Assembly: GCA_045613985.1 (NCBI GenBank) | Contig: JAZLCA010000054.1 | Span: 12,697-76,696, forward strand | Direction: 5' to 3' | Length of the DNA stretch: 64,000 bases | Origin: Eubacteriales bacterium | GTDB taxonomy: Bacteria > Bacillota > Clostridia > Oscillospirales > CAG-272 | In this document: positions 7,598 through 17,239 of the stretch, one piece after another | Layout: each line of letters begins with the position of its first letter | Position numbering within the stretch: the stretch's first letter is position 1 | Notes under the pieces: model-generated | The model's input: the letters and a program-made list of their open reading frames with translations, nothing else | Told to the model about the DNA's origin: nothing | The model's database searches: none | Position numbers and translations under genes: made by a program

Positions 7598-10252
7598 ATG
7601 GCACAATCTTATCATGAACTGCCAAAAACCTACAACCCCGCCGATTTTGAGGAGCGTATTTATCAAAATTGGTGCGACAAGGGTTATTTCACGCCCGATC
7701 CCAAATCGGATGCCGAACATTTCTCGGTGGTTATTCCCCCTCCCAACGTTACGGGACAGCTTCACATGGGACATGCCCTTGACGAGACGCTGCAAGACAT
7801 TCTGGTTCGTCACAAGAGAATGCAGGGCTACAACACGCTGTGGGTACCCGGTACCGACCACGCGGGTATCGCAACCCAGATCAAGGTTGAAGAGCAGCTT
7901 CGCGTCAATGAAGGCCTGACCCGCTACGATCTCGGCCGCGAAAAGTTTTTGGAGCGCGTTTGGGATTGGAAGAATAAGTACGGTGACAGAATTATCAGCC
8001 AGCTCAAAAAGCTGGGTGCCTCCTGCGACTGGACCCGCGAGCGTTTTACAATGGACGAAGGATGCTCGAGAGCCGTTCGCGAGGTGTTTGTTAACCTTTA
8101 CGACAAGGGTCTCATCTACCGCGGCTACCGCATCATCAACTGGTGCCCTCACTGCCTGACCGCACTGTCCGACGCCGAGGTTGAGTATAAAGACCAGCCC
8201 GGTCATTTCTGGCACATCAAATATCCCATTAAGGGTGAGGACGGCTACGTTGTCGTCGCTACCACCCGTCCCGAGACCATGTTCGGTGACACCGCTGTTG
8301 CCGTCAACCCCGAGGACGAGGATATGAAGCATCTGATCGGCAAGACTCTCATTCTGCCTGCCGTTGGCCGTGAGATTCCCGTGATTGCCGACTATTACGT
8401 TGAGATCGGCTTTGGTACGGGCTGTGTGAAGATCACCCCTGCTCACGACCCCAACGACTTCTTGGTCGGTCAGCGTCACAACCTGGAGCAGATCAAGGTC
8501 ATGAACGATGACGCGACCATGAACGCATACGCCGGCAAGTACGAGGGTATGGACAGATATGAATGCCGCAAGGCTCTCGTCGCTGATTTGGAGGCAGACG
8601 GCTATCTCATCAAGGCAGAGCCTCACGACCACAACGTCGGCACCTGCTATCGTTGCGGAACGACGGTTGAGCCTATGACGAGCGATCAGTGGTTCGTCAA
8701 GATGAAGCCCCTGGCAGAGCCTGCCATTGAGGCCGTTGAGAACGGTTCGATCAACTTCATCCCCGAGCGTTTCTCTAAGAACTATTTCAACTGGATGAAT
8801 AACATCCTTGACTGGTGCATTTCCCGCCAGCTGTGGTGGGGTCATCGCATTCCCGCCTTCTACTGCGACGATTGCGGCGAGATGACCGTTTCTAAAGAAG
8901 ACATTACCGTCTGCCCCAAGTGCGGCGCTCCCGTCCGTCAGGAAGAGGACGTACTTGACACTTGGTTCTCTTCTGCTCTGTGGCCCTTCTCTACTCTTGG
9001 ATGGCCCGATCAGACCGAAGATCTCGCTAAATATTATCCCACCAGCGTTCTCGTTACAGGTTACGACATCATCACCTTCTGGGTTTCCCGTATGATTTTC
9101 TCGGGTCTGGAGCACATGGGCGAAAAACCCTTCTCCACCGTCTTCATTCACGGTCTGGTGCGCGACGCGCAGGGCCGTAAGATGTCCAAATCTCTTGGCA
9201 ACGGCATCGATCCGCTCGAAATCATCTCCAAGTACGGTGCGGACGCTCTTCGCTTTGCCCTGGCTACGGGCAACAGCCCCGGAAACGATATGCGTTTCTC
9301 GGATGAAAAGATCGAGGCTGCCCGTAACTTTGCGAACAAGCTGTGGAACGCTTCTAGATTTGTCCGTATGAATCTGACGATTGATGACGCCACTCTGCCC
9401 GCCATCGAGGATATGGCTACCGAGGACAAGTGGATTCTGACTCTATACAATCAGACAGTCAAGTCCGTCAACGATTCTCTGGAAAGCTTTGAGGTCGGCG
9501 TTGCTCTGAGCACGCTGTACGACTTCACCTGGGACGTTTTCTGTGACTGGTATATTGAGCTTTGCAAGGCAAGACTCAACGAAAAGGATACTGCCGCAAA
9601 TCTGGTCGCGCAAAAGGTTATCTGCCATGTACTCACCGGCATCCTCAAGCTGTTGCATCCCTTCATGCCCTTCATCACGGAGGAGATCTATCAGTCGCTG
9701 CCTCATAACGAAAATGAAGAGAGCATTATGATCGCACGCTATCCCGTTTACGATGCGGCATTGTCCTTCTCTGAAGATGCCGAGCGCATGAATGTTATCA
9801 TCGACGCCATTCGTGCCATCCGAAACCGCCGCAGTGAGATGAACGTTGTTCCCTCCCGCCGCGCCAAGGTATATATTGCCACCGCCCACGCCGAATTCTT
9901 CCCTGCCTCCAGCCACGTCTTCTTCCAGCGTCTGGCATCGGCAAGTGAAGTTGAGGTTGCCGACAACTTTGAGGGTAAGCTGAACGCCGACGAGACGGTA
10001 CAGATCGTTACCTCCGCCGCAACCATCCTGCTTCCCCTGTCTGACATCATCGATCTGGAAAAGGAAAAGGCAAGACTTTCCGCTGAACAGAAAAAACTGG
10101 AGGGTGAGATCGCCCGCCTTTCCGGCAAACTCTCCAACGAAGGATTTGTCGCCAAGGCGCCTGCCGCCGTCGTTGAAGCAGAACGTGCCAAGCTGGAAAA
10201 ATACCGCGAAAACCTCGCTGGCGTCGTCGCGGCACTCGAAAAAATGAAATAA
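7598..10252 (+). CDS. valS: Valine--tRNA ligase
   Basis: HIGH-type [14 protein letters not shown] and KMSKS ([10 protein letters not shown]) motifs plus a C-terminal coiled coil. The start is ATG 7598 with a GGAGGA RBS. The ORF-track start at 7460 would run through the T-box terminator. Confidence 0.97.
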   Translation: MAQSYHELPKTYNPADFEERIYQNWCDKGYFTPDPKSDAEHFSVVIPPPNVTGQLHMGHALDETLQDILVRHKRMQGYNTLWVPGTDHAGIATQIKVEEQLRVNEGLTRYDLGREKFLERVWDWKNKYGDRIISQLKKLGASCDWTRERFTMDEGCSRAVREVFVNLYDKGLIYRGYRIINWCPHCLTALSDAEVEYKDQPGHFWHIKYPIKGEDGYVVVATTRPETMFGDTAVAVNPEDEDMKHLIGKTLILPAVGREIPVIADYYVEIGFGTGCVKITPAHDPNDFLVGQRHNLEQIKVMNDDATMNAYAGKYEGMDRYECRKALVADLEADGYLIKAEPHDHNVGTCYRCGTTVEPMTSDQWFVKMKPLAEPAIEAVENGSINFIPERFSKNYFNWMNNILDWCISRQLWWGHRIPAFYCDDCGEMTVSKEDITVCPKCGAPVRQEEDVLDTWFSSALWPFSTLGWPDQTEDLAKYYPTSVLVTGYDIITFWVSRMIFSGLEHMGEKPFSTVFIHGLVRDAQGRKMSKSLGNGIDPLEIISKYGADALRFALATGNSPGNDMRFSDEKIEAARNFANKLWNASRFVRMNLTIDDATLPAIEDMATEDKWILTLYNQTVKSVNDSLESFEVGVALSTLYDFTWDVFCDWYIELCKARLNEKDTAANLVAQKVICHVLTGILKLLHPFMPFITEEIYQSLPHNENEESIMIARYPVYDAALSFSEDAERMNVIIDAIRAIRNRRSEMNVVPSRRAKVYIATAHAEFFPASSHVFFQRLASASEVEVADNFEGKLNADETVQIVTSAATILLPLSDIIDLEKEKARLSAEQKKLEGEIARLSGKLSNEGFVAKAPAAVVEAERAKLEKYRENLAGVVAALEKMK

Positions 10253-10281
10253 TTTCCGATAAGGTGTAACCTTTCCCATTG

Positions 10282-10337
10282 CTCCTCCGTCTATATAAGT
10301 AGAAGCTCTTTTACTCATATGCACGGAGGAGTTTTTT
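10282..10337 (+). terminator. Putative rho-independent terminator after valS
   Basis: ctcctccgt ... acggaggag forms a 9-bp stem followed by tttttt. The loop is long, so this call is less certain. Confidence 0.55.
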
Positions 10338-10355
10338 ACCAAAAGGAGGATTGCT

Positions 10356-11318
10356 ATGTTAAGAAAAAAAGTTGTTCTCGCGCTCTTTTTGACCCTAGTA
10401 TTCTGTCTCATGCTTACTTCCTGCAAAGCAAGCAGTAAACATGATAACTATACCCCCGGAGACAGTATGGCACCATCCATCGATCCCGATTACGGCTATG
10501 GAAGCGGCAATGTTGAGTTGCCCGAAGGCAACGTACCGCCCTCTGACGATGCACAAGATGCACTGGATCAGAAGATCATCCGCACCGTTTATATGGATGC
10601 GCAGGCCAAAGAATTTGACAAAGCAATCGGGGCAATCCGCACGGCATTGAAGCAATCCGGCGGTTTTGAAGAGACCTTCCGCACCACCAACCGCACCTAT
10701 GGCAGTACCGACTACTACGCCCGCACCGCGTATATGGTGCTTCGTATTCCCGCAGAAAAACTGGATGCATTTCTAAATGAGATCGGTGGCATGATCCACG
10801 TCACCTCTCAAAACTCCAACGCAGAAAACGTAACGAGCGAATACTACGACATTGAAGCGCGTTTGAACGTGTTGGAGAGTGAGCGGGCAGTGTACGAAAA
10901 AATGTTGGCAAACGCTAAAAACACCTCCGAAATGCTCAACATTCAAGATCGCTTGTATAATGTCATTAGTGAAATCGAGGCTTTCAAAACGCGCCTTCGC
11001 GTACTGGAAAGTCAGGTATCCTACTCCACTGTTACCCTCAATTTAAGTGAGGTCGTTGAATATTCTCAAATCAAAACGCCCGACGATTCCTTCTGGTCAC
11101 GCATCTCCAATGCTTTCGTCACCAGCTGGCGCAAGTTTGCCATCAATAGCCAGAATTTTGCCGTTTGGTTTATCGGCGCATTCCCTACGCTGCTTGTTCT
11201 TGCCATCATTGGTTTTAGCGCGGGATGGATTGTTCTAAAGATCAAACGAAAAAAGAAAAAACAAGAACAACACACACCTGTTTCCACCCAGGAAATAAAG
11301 GAAAATCCTGAAGAATAA
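10356..11318 (+). CDS. DUF4349-like lipoprotein with C-terminal membrane anchor
   Basis: A signal peptide with lipobox LTSC, a central coiled-coil region (YDIEARLNVLESE..., EIEAFKTRLRVLESQVSYSTVTLNLSE), two C-terminal TM helices and a KRKKKK tail. Confidence 0.65.
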   Translation: MLRKKVVLALFLTLVFCLMLTSCKASSKHDNYTPGDSMAPSIDPDYGYGSGNVELPEGNVPPSDDAQDALDQKIIRTVYMDAQAKEFDKAIGAIRTALKQSGGFEETFRTTNRTYGSTDYYARTAYMVLRIPAEKLDAFLNEIGGMIHVTSQNSNAENVTSEYYDIEARLNVLESERAVYEKMLANAKNTSEMLNIQDRLYNVISEIEAFKTRLRVLESQVSYSTVTLNLSEVVEYSQIKTPDDSFWSRISNAFVTSWRKFAINSQNFAVWFIGAFPTLLVLAIIGFSAGWIVLKIKRKKKKQEQHTPVSTQEIKENPEE

Positions 11319-11321
11319 ATC

Positions 11322-11356
11322 ACAGCCGACGGCACTTGATAACTGCCGTCGGCTGT
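11322..11356. terminator. Bidirectional terminator hairpin between convergent genes
   Basis: A 13-bp perfect stem acagccgacggca / tgccgtcggctgt with a 9-nt loop. Confidence 0.75.
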
Positions 11357-11365
11357 TCATTTCAT

Positions 11366-12145
11366 CTATATTTTGATACTGACTTCTCCGCTATCCAAAG
11401 AAATTTCCTTTCCATCCGGAGTTCTTACGATCAAGCGATAGGAAGGATCTATGGAAAGCACACGGGCAGGATAAGCTCTGCCGTCTCCTTGATGCACCGT
11501 AATCTCCTTTCCGATAGCAATCGACCGACGGCAATATTCGCTATAAATTTCCTGTTCTGCGCCTGATTGCAAATACTTCATCAATCGCTGAATAATGCCA
11601 AGTGCAAGCTCACGGAGAACAGAGCCGGCATCTTCTGTCTGTAAAAAAAGTGCTCCGGCAATCGATTTTATCTCTTCCGGGAAGCCTTCTCTTGGCGCAA
11701 CGACGTTAACACCAATGCCTATCACTGCATAATCCAAGCATTGTGTTCCCGGTTTTACAGCCCCTTCGGTCAAAATTCCGCAAACCTTTTTGCCATCAAG
11801 ATAAATATCATTTACCCATTTGATGTCCGCCGTTCGTCCCATGGTCTCAATCGCTTGGGCGGTTGCCACAGCAGCTGTGGTAGTCAGGCGTAATGCCTCG
11901 GTTGCCAACAGATCGCGGCGAACGATAATGCTCATATACAGTCCCGTTCCGCCGGGCGAAAAAAAGGAACGTTGCATCCTTCCCCGTCCCGCGCTTTGTT
12001 CACCGGCTATCACGATCGTCCCATCTGCTGCTCCCGCAGCGGCAAGCTCTTTGGCCAGTGTATTCGTTGATGGCAGATGATCGTACGACCAAACGCGACA
12101 ATGCGCAGCCTCGTCAACAAAATGTTGTTCCAACCAAGATTTCAT
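11366..12145 (-). CDS. birA: Biotin--[acetyl-CoA-carboxylase] ligase (no N-terminal HTH, class I)
   Basis: The GRGRMQRSFFSPGGTGLYMS biotin-ligase signature and KWVNDIY are present. At 259 aa the protein is too short to carry a repressor HTH. Confidence 0.85.
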   Translation of the reverse strand: MKSWLEQHFVDEAAHCRVWSYDHLPSTNTLAKELAAAGAADGTIVIAGEQSAGRGRMQRSFFSPGGTGLYMSIIVRRDLLATEALRLTTTAAVATAQAIETMGRTADIKWVNDIYLDGKKVCGILTEGAVKPGTQCLDYAVIGIGVNVVAPREGFPEEIKSIAGALFLQTEDAGSVLRELALGIIQRLMKYLQSGAEQEIYSEYCRRSIAIGKEITVHQGDGRAYPARVLSIDPSYRLIVRTPDGKEISLDSGEVSIKI

Positions 12146-12287
12146 ACCGTCACCTCCTCATATGTCTTTCAGTATATCATGCGCACAGCGAATTGTCAAC
12201 GCCGGAATAAAAATTCCCTTGACAAATGTGCCGTCTCGTGATAGAATAATAGGGTAGATTTTTACATATTCAAAAGGAGTTATACGT

Positions 12288-13199
12288 ATGAAAACGTCTC
12301 TCGTTATACTCGCAGCGGGCATCGGTTCTCGTTTTGGCGGCGGTATCAAGCAGCTGGAACACATGGGCCCCAATGGCGAGATTATTATGCACTATTCTAT
12401 TTACGACGCATTGCAAGCCGGCTTTGACGAAGTCGTATTTATTATCCGCAAGGATATCGAGCAGGATTTCCGTGAAATTATCGGAAATGATATGGAAAAA
12501 GTTTGTCCCTGCAAGTACGTCTTCCAAGAGTTGGATGACCTGCCCGATGGCTTCTCTCTGCCTGCAGGACGCACCAAGCCTTGGGGTACGGGACAGGCGC
12601 TCCTGGCCTGCCGTGGCGTTGTGAACAATCCCTTCATCGTCATCAATGCAGATGACTATTATGGCAAGGAGGGCTTCCGCCTGATCCACGATTATCTGGT
12701 CGCAAACAGCGAAGCCGATCCTTTCAAGTTCTGTATGGCCGGTTATATTTTGGATCATACCCTGAGTGACAACGGCGGCGTCTCTCGCGGCGTCTGCACC
12801 GCTAATGAAAACCTGGATCTGATTAAAGTCACCGAAACTCACAATATCACCAAGACCGCAGACGGCGCTGCCATTCCCTGCGGTGATAACGATTGGAAGG
12901 CACTTGACCCCAAGTCCTACGTTTCCATGAATATGTGGGGCCTTACCCCCGCCTTCATCGAAGTGCTGGCTGAACGTTTCCCCATCTTCTTGTCCAACGT
13001 CAAGGAGGGTGACATCAAAGCAGAGTATCTGCTGCCCGGCATCGTGGACGACCTTTTACAGGAAGGCAAAGCAGCCGTCAAGGTTCTTCCCACTGCGGAT
13101 CACTGGTTCGGCGTAACCTACAAGGAAGATAAGCCCGCTGTTGTTGCAGCTATCAATAAGCTGATCACGGACGGTGTGTATCCTTCGCCGCTGTTCTAA
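12288..13199 (+). CDS. Sugar-phosphate nucleotidyltransferase family protein
   Basis: N-terminal LVILAAGIGSRFGGGIKQL NTP-transferase motif. An AAAGGAG RBS and an upstream TTGACA/TAGAAT promoter are present. Confidence 0.7.
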   Translation: MKTSLVILAAGIGSRFGGGIKQLEHMGPNGEIIMHYSIYDALQAGFDEVVFIIRKDIEQDFREIIGNDMEKVCPCKYVFQELDDLPDGFSLPAGRTKPWGTGQALLACRGVVNNPFIVINADDYYGKEGFRLIHDYLVANSEADPFKFCMAGYILDHTLSDNGGVSRGVCTANENLDLIKVTETHNITKTADGAAIPCGDNDWKALDPKSYVSMNMWGLTPAFIEVLAERFPIFLSNVKEGDIKAEYLLPGIVDDLLQEGKAAVKVLPTADHWFGVTYKEDKPAVVAAINKLITDGVYPSPLF

Positions 13200-13203
13200 T
13201 GCA

Positions 13204-13245
13204 AAAAGAGTCAACATGGATGAATTTCCATGTTGACTCTTTTTT
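13204..13245. terminator. Bidirectional terminator hairpin
   Basis: aaaaagagtcaacatgg / ccatgttgactcttttt forms a 17-bp stem flanked by A and T runs. Confidence 0.8.
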
Positions 13246-13284
13246 ATTATTTTGCGTTTTTCAGAGACAATTCTCTTTCATAAA

Positions 13285-14622
13285 TTATTGCTTTACAACA
13301 TTGATGCTTTCGTAGCCGTAATATTTCATCCGACGGATATGTGCCTCGGTTATCCTTTCACCGCTGATCACAATCGGTACTGCGGGTGGGCAAGCAACTG
13401 TCGGGGATGCACATATTCTGCCAACTGCGCAATCGATCGGAATCATTTCGCTTGGCGCCAGCACAGCCTGTCTCACACCCAAAACAACCTCCGACACACG
13501 TTCCAAATTTCGTTCGCATGATAAAGACTCCTTAGGTTCGATCGTTGTCAAGGCAGCGGTAAGGCGTTCAAAGTCTTCGGCACTGTTCTCCGAAGTTACC
13601 ATCAAAACAAGGAAATCGGGATCCGCAAATTCACATTCAATCCCTTGCTCTTTCAACAATTTTGCAAGTTCCGTTCCGATAAATCCGCTTTTCTTAGCAT
13701 CAATTACGATTTTTAACGGTTCACCGTTGAGAACACAAAAACCTCGATCTTTCAAATACTTTTTCGTTTCGTTCACCCTCTGCAGGCACTCGGATAAACG
13801 GTCGCGATATCCATTTTCAAGATATGCATTGCAAAGATCCAAAGATTGCAATATCAGATAGGAAGGACTCGTGGATGCAAAAAGTGAAAGTGTCTTTCTC
13901 GCCCCTTCCATGTATTCTTTCGGAGCGTTGGGAGAAACGTGAAGGTATGCCCCGCCGGTAAGAACGGGGAGCGTCTTATGTGCTGAATCACAGCAAAGGG
14001 TAGCTCCCAGAGAAATCGGGTGAAGGGTTGGCAACAAAAAAGCCAAATACGCTCCATGCGCGTTATCAACAAGCAACGGGATTTCAAATTCGTCACACAC
14101 GGCAGATAACCCCGAAATATCCGAGATATTTCCCAAATAATCCGGCGAAGTAACGTACACCGCGCTTGGTTTTTCCTTTTGTTCCACCAATCGCTCTCGT
14201 AACTGATCCGGAGAAATGGTGGCATTGCAAATGTGATTCATCTGATCGGGATATAGCCACTCAACCCGCAGGTCAAGCAATGCGCAAGCATATATAAACG
14301 CTTTGTGCGCATTTCTTGCTGCAAGAATCAGCGGTTGCTCTCCCCGAGCATTCTCTTTGACAAGCGCAAGCATAGCGCGTATTGCAAGCGAAGATCCTTC
14401 CGTTGAATAAAAGGTATGTGCCGTATGGAAAAGTGCTGTCGCATTTTGCTCACTTTTTTCGATGATCCCGCAAGCGTCATACAAAACGTCAGCTCCTGCG
14501 ATTTCCGTGATATCTCCGGGCTCGCAACCAAGAAAAGGCTTTCCCTTGTGCCCCGGCATATGAAACCGTACCGTATTCGATTGTATGTAATTTTGAACAA
14601 AATCGTATATCGGCGTTTTCAT
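13285..14622 (-). CDS. PLP-dependent Orn/Lys/Arg decarboxylase family protein
   Basis: N-terminal FHMPGHKG and SAHKTLP (PLP lysine) motifs, typical of the OKR_DC_1 major domain. Confidence 0.8.
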   Translation of the reverse strand: MKTPIYDFVQNYIQSNTVRFHMPGHKGKPFLGCEPGDITEIAGADVLYDACGIIEKSEQNATALFHTAHTFYSTEGSSLAIRAMLALVKENARGEQPLILAARNAHKAFIYACALLDLRVEWLYPDQMNHICNATISPDQLRERLVEQKEKPSAVYVTSPDYLGNISDISGLSAVCDEFEIPLLVDNAHGAYLAFLLPTLHPISLGATLCCDSAHKTLPVLTGGAYLHVSPNAPKEYMEGARKTLSLFASTSPSYLILQSLDLCNAYLENGYRDRLSECLQRVNETKKYLKDRGFCVLNGEPLKIVIDAKKSGFIGTELAKLLKEQGIECEFADPDFLVLMVTSENSAEDFERLTAALTTIEPKESLSCERNLERVSEVVLGVRQAVLAPSEMIPIDCAVGRICASPTVACPPAVPIVISGERITEAHIRRMKYYGYESINVVKQ

Positions 14623-14665
14623 CTTATACCTCTGACAGATATTTAGGCTTACAGACCTACAGAAT

Positions 14666-16039
14666 TCAATCTTGATTCTCCGCGACCTGCATCATAACAG
14701 CGCATTCGATACGCTTCTTGAAAAGCTCACATCCGTATTCATAAATTCCGTTGATGCTTCCCGTGGCGTGATAAGAATTGGCCGCACAGCCGCCCGAACA
14801 GTACAAGCGTGCCCAACAATCACGACATTCGGGACGCGCGTAGGCATTGCAGGATCTGAATTGATCCTGTGCCTCTGTATTCTTGACACCATTCCAGATA
14901 TCGCCAAGACTATATTTGGTATCTCCTACGAATTGATGACAAGGGTACAGCTCGCCCCACGGTGTGACCGCCATATATTCGGTACCCGAGCCGCAGCCCG
15001 TGATACGCTTATAAATGCAGGGACCGTTTTTAAGATCGAGCATATAATGGTAGAACGTAAACGGACGGCCTTCTTTTTTGCGCTTGATCATTTCTTTGGC
15101 AAGAATCTCATATTGCTCCAAAATGATCGGCAAATCCTCCGCCGTCAAAGCGCAGGGATCGTCAGCAGAACAGACCACAGGTTCCATCGAAAGCTCGGTG
15201 AATCCAAGATCCGCCATGTGTATGATATCGTTGGTGAAGTCCGTATTATGATGTGTGAAGGTACCGCGAACGTAATACCCTTTGCCGCCGCGTTTTTCTA
15301 CAAGGCGCTTGAAATTCGGAACAATCACATCATAACTGCCGCGTCCGGCATAATCCACACGGAAACGATCGTTGACAGATTTACGACCGTCCAAAGACAA
15401 TACGACGTTGTGGCATTCTTTGTTCAGAAAATCAATCATGTCATCCGTCAACACCATACCGTTGGTTGTATACGTGAAACGGAAATTTTTCTCCTTTTCT
15501 TTTTCGATACTGCGTGCATACTCGACCAGCTGCTTTACAACATCAAAATTCAATGCAGGCTCGCCGCCGAAAAAGTCCACCTCGAGATTTCTGCGGCTTC
15601 CCGAATTTGCGACCAGAAAATCAAGTGCCTGTTTGCCAACTTCCAAAGACATCAGGGCACGATCACCCTGATATTTACCTTGGCTTGCAAAGCAATACGC
15701 ACAGTTGAGGTTACAGGTATGCGACACGTGTAAGCAAAGAGCCTTGATGACCTTGCTGTTGTTTTTGTATGTAGTGGCAAGATTCTCGTACTTATCTTCC
15801 GAGTAGAGCTTACCCATTGTTTCAAGTTCACAGATATCACGGATGCAATCAAGGATGTCCTCGCGCGTAACGTCAGGAGCGTCCTTATATCTTTCCAAAA
15901 TAACGGAAACGATTTCGTCCTCCGTGTGCGTTTTGAACATTTCTATAATATCATACGCCACCTCGTCTACAACGTGGACGGATCCGGAACAGGTGTCAAG
16001 CACGATATTGTAGCCGTTAAGCTTGTACTGATGTACCAT
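14666..16039 (-). CDS. scfB: Radical SAM/SPASM thioether-forming maturase for SCIFF
   Basis: The CxxxCxxC cluster (SHTCNLNCAYC) and a Cys-rich SPASM C-terminus (CGSG..., CRDCWARLYCSGGC) are present. The gene lies immediately downstream of the SCIFF precursor. Confidence 0.9.
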   Translation of the reverse strand: MVHQYKLNGYNIVLDTCSGSVHVVDEVAYDIIEMFKTHTEDEIVSVILERYKDAPDVTREDILDCIRDICELETMGKLYSEDKYENLATTYKNNSKVIKALCLHVSHTCNLNCAYCFASQGKYQGDRALMSLEVGKQALDFLVANSGSRRNLEVDFFGGEPALNFDVVKQLVEYARSIEKEKEKNFRFTYTTNGMVLTDDMIDFLNKECHNVVLSLDGRKSVNDRFRVDYAGRGSYDVIVPNFKRLVEKRGGKGYYVRGTFTHHNTDFTNDIIHMADLGFTELSMEPVVCSADDPCALTAEDLPIILEQYEILAKEMIKRKKEGRPFTFYHYMLDLKNGPCIYKRITGCGSGTEYMAVTPWGELYPCHQFVGDTKYSLGDIWNGVKNTEAQDQFRSCNAYARPECRDCWARLYCSGGCAANSYHATGSINGIYEYGCELFKKRIECAVMMQVAENQD

Positions 16040-16103
16040 TTTTGTAGTTTCCTTTCGGTTGTATCACTAAAAATATAATTTGGCGTGTATCAATATCAAA
16101 AAT

Positions 16104-16134
16104 AAAACGCTGTCACCATATGGGACAGCGTTTT
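16104..16134 (-). terminator. Intra-operon terminator/attenuator between scfA and scfB
   Basis: An 11-bp stem aaaacgctgtc / gacagcgtttt, followed on the minus strand by atttttg. Confidence 0.65.
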
Positions 16135-16149
16135 ATCATTTAGCGAAAA

Positions 16150-16293
16150 TCACTTATTGTTCTCGCACTGCTGATTTGCAACGCCGCAAGAGGTCTTGCA
16201 AGCGGACTGGCAAGAGGTCTGGCACTCACCGCAACCACCGTTTTCAACAGTCTTCGCAATGTTCTTCGTTTCAATAGTCTGAATTCTCTTCAT
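16150..16293 (-). CDS. scfA: Six-cysteine ranthipeptide precursor SCIFF
   Basis: MKRIQTIETKNIAKTVENGGCGECQTSCQSACKTSCGVANQQCENNK is the classic SCIFF pattern. The start is ATG 16293 with an ACGGAGGG RBS. The ORF-track start at 16356 is an unsupported extension. Confidence 0.9.
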   Translation of the reverse strand: MKRIQTIETKNIAKTVENGGCGECQTSCQSACKTSCGVANQQCENNK

Positions 16294-16334
16294 CGTAAAA
16301 CCCTCCGTTTGGATAAAATTATATTTACCCTGTA

Positions 16335-16363
16335 ATTCTATCATAAAAAAGATCATATGTCAA
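16335..16363 (-). promoter_or_regulatory. Sigma-A type promoter for scfA (TTGACA-17-TAGAAT on minus strand)
   Basis: Read on the plus strand, tgtcaa lies at 16358-16363 and attcta at 16335-16340. Confidence 0.6.
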
Positions 16364-16425
16364 TATTTTTTGCGGATTTTGAATAATTTTATTCGATACA
16401 GGAATCGGAAAAATCAAATTTTTTC

Positions 16426-16454
16426 TTGACAAGTATCCCCTTACATAGTATAAT
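16426..16454 (+). promoter_or_regulatory. Sigma-A type promoter of second T-box leader (TTGACA-17-TATAAT)
   Basis: ttgaca at 16426-16431 and tataat at 16449-16454. Confidence 0.7.
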
Positions 16455-16460
16455 AGATAC

Positions 16461-16732
16461 AACAGCTATGAGAAAAAGGAGTAGCAGGGTGAGTCCTTTG
16501 CAGAGACGGTGCGGTTGGTGTGAGCACCGATGGATACCTTGTGAAGCAGTTTTTGAGCTTTGAACCGAGCAATTTTGCAAGGCTTCAACGGATTCCCTCC
16601 GTTAGCGGGGATCGGCATGACAGTGCCGGCTAAGTGCGATTACAATGCAACTGCAAATGTAATCGAATTCAGGTGGTAACGCGGAACTTTTCGCCCTGAG
16701 CATGGCATTTGCCATGTTGGGGGCTTTTTTAT
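16461..16732 (+). promoter_or_regulatory. T-box leader upstream of the Lrp/aminotransferase operon
   Basis: AGUA, AGAGA and GGTTGGTGTGA stem-I elements are present. The specifier loop reads GAA-GCA-G (16543-16549). The T-box sequence aattcaggtggtaacgcgg lies at 16666-16684. A terminator hairpin ending in gggggcttttttatttt follows. Confidence 0.8.
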
Positions 16733-16762
16733 TTTAAATTCGGAGGATATACTACAGTGAAC

Positions 16763-17239
16763 ATGAAATTATTGAAGTTGTTGAGCAAAAACGCTCGCTA
16801 CAACGTTGAGGATCTCGCCGTTATGACGGGGATGACCGAAGAGGAAGTCAAGCAGGAAATCGCTCAAATGGAGAAAAACGGACTGATTCGCGGCTACAAG
16901 GCCGTCGTTGACTGGGAGCGCATGGATAGCTCTACCGTATCGGCCATCATTGAGCTCAAGGTCACACCCAAGGCCGGCCTCGGATTTGAAGAGGTTGCCC
17001 GCCGCGTCATGAAATATCCCGAGGTTGAGTCGGTCTATCTGATGTCGGGTGGATACGATCTGTCCGTTGTGGTTAAAGGCAAGACCTTCCAGGAGGTTGC
17101 TCTGTTCGTGGCAAAGGAATTGTCCACCATCGACTCGGTGCTGTCCACTTCCACCCATTTCGTACTGCGCCGCTACAAGGAGCTGGACGTTGAACTGTTC
17201 GGCGACGATGGCGATGATCGGGGGAACTTCTCGCTGTGA
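16763..17239 (+). CDS. Lrp/AsnC family transcriptional regulator (AlaR-like)
   Basis: An N-terminal HTH (LLKLLSKNARYNVEDLAVMTGMTEEEV) followed by a RAM/AsnC_trans_reg domain. The start is ATG 16763 or GTG 16757, after a GGAGGA RBS. The ORF-track start at 16709 lies inside the T-box terminator. Confidence 0.85.
   Translation: MKLLKLLSKNARYNVEDLAVMTGMTEEEVKQEIAQMEKNGLIRGYKAVVDWERMDSSTVSAIIELKVTPKAGLGFEEVARRVMKYPEVESVYLMSGGYDLSVVVKGKTFQEVALFVAKELSTIDSVLSTSTHFVLRRYKELDVELFGDDGDDRGNFSL

Noticed and set aside
7568-9151. A 527-aa ORF on the minus strand inside valS.
   Set aside because: It is antisense to an unmistakable valS reading frame and has no RBS. Its composition is Gly/Val/Arg-rich, as expected for the reverse frame of a GC-rich gene. 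It is a shadow ORF.
16709-16762. The N-terminal extension of the Lrp-family ORF, and the small ORF at 16389-16580 on the minus strand.
   Set aside because: Both overlap the T-box leader and terminator structure. The conserved HTH begins right after ATG 16763.
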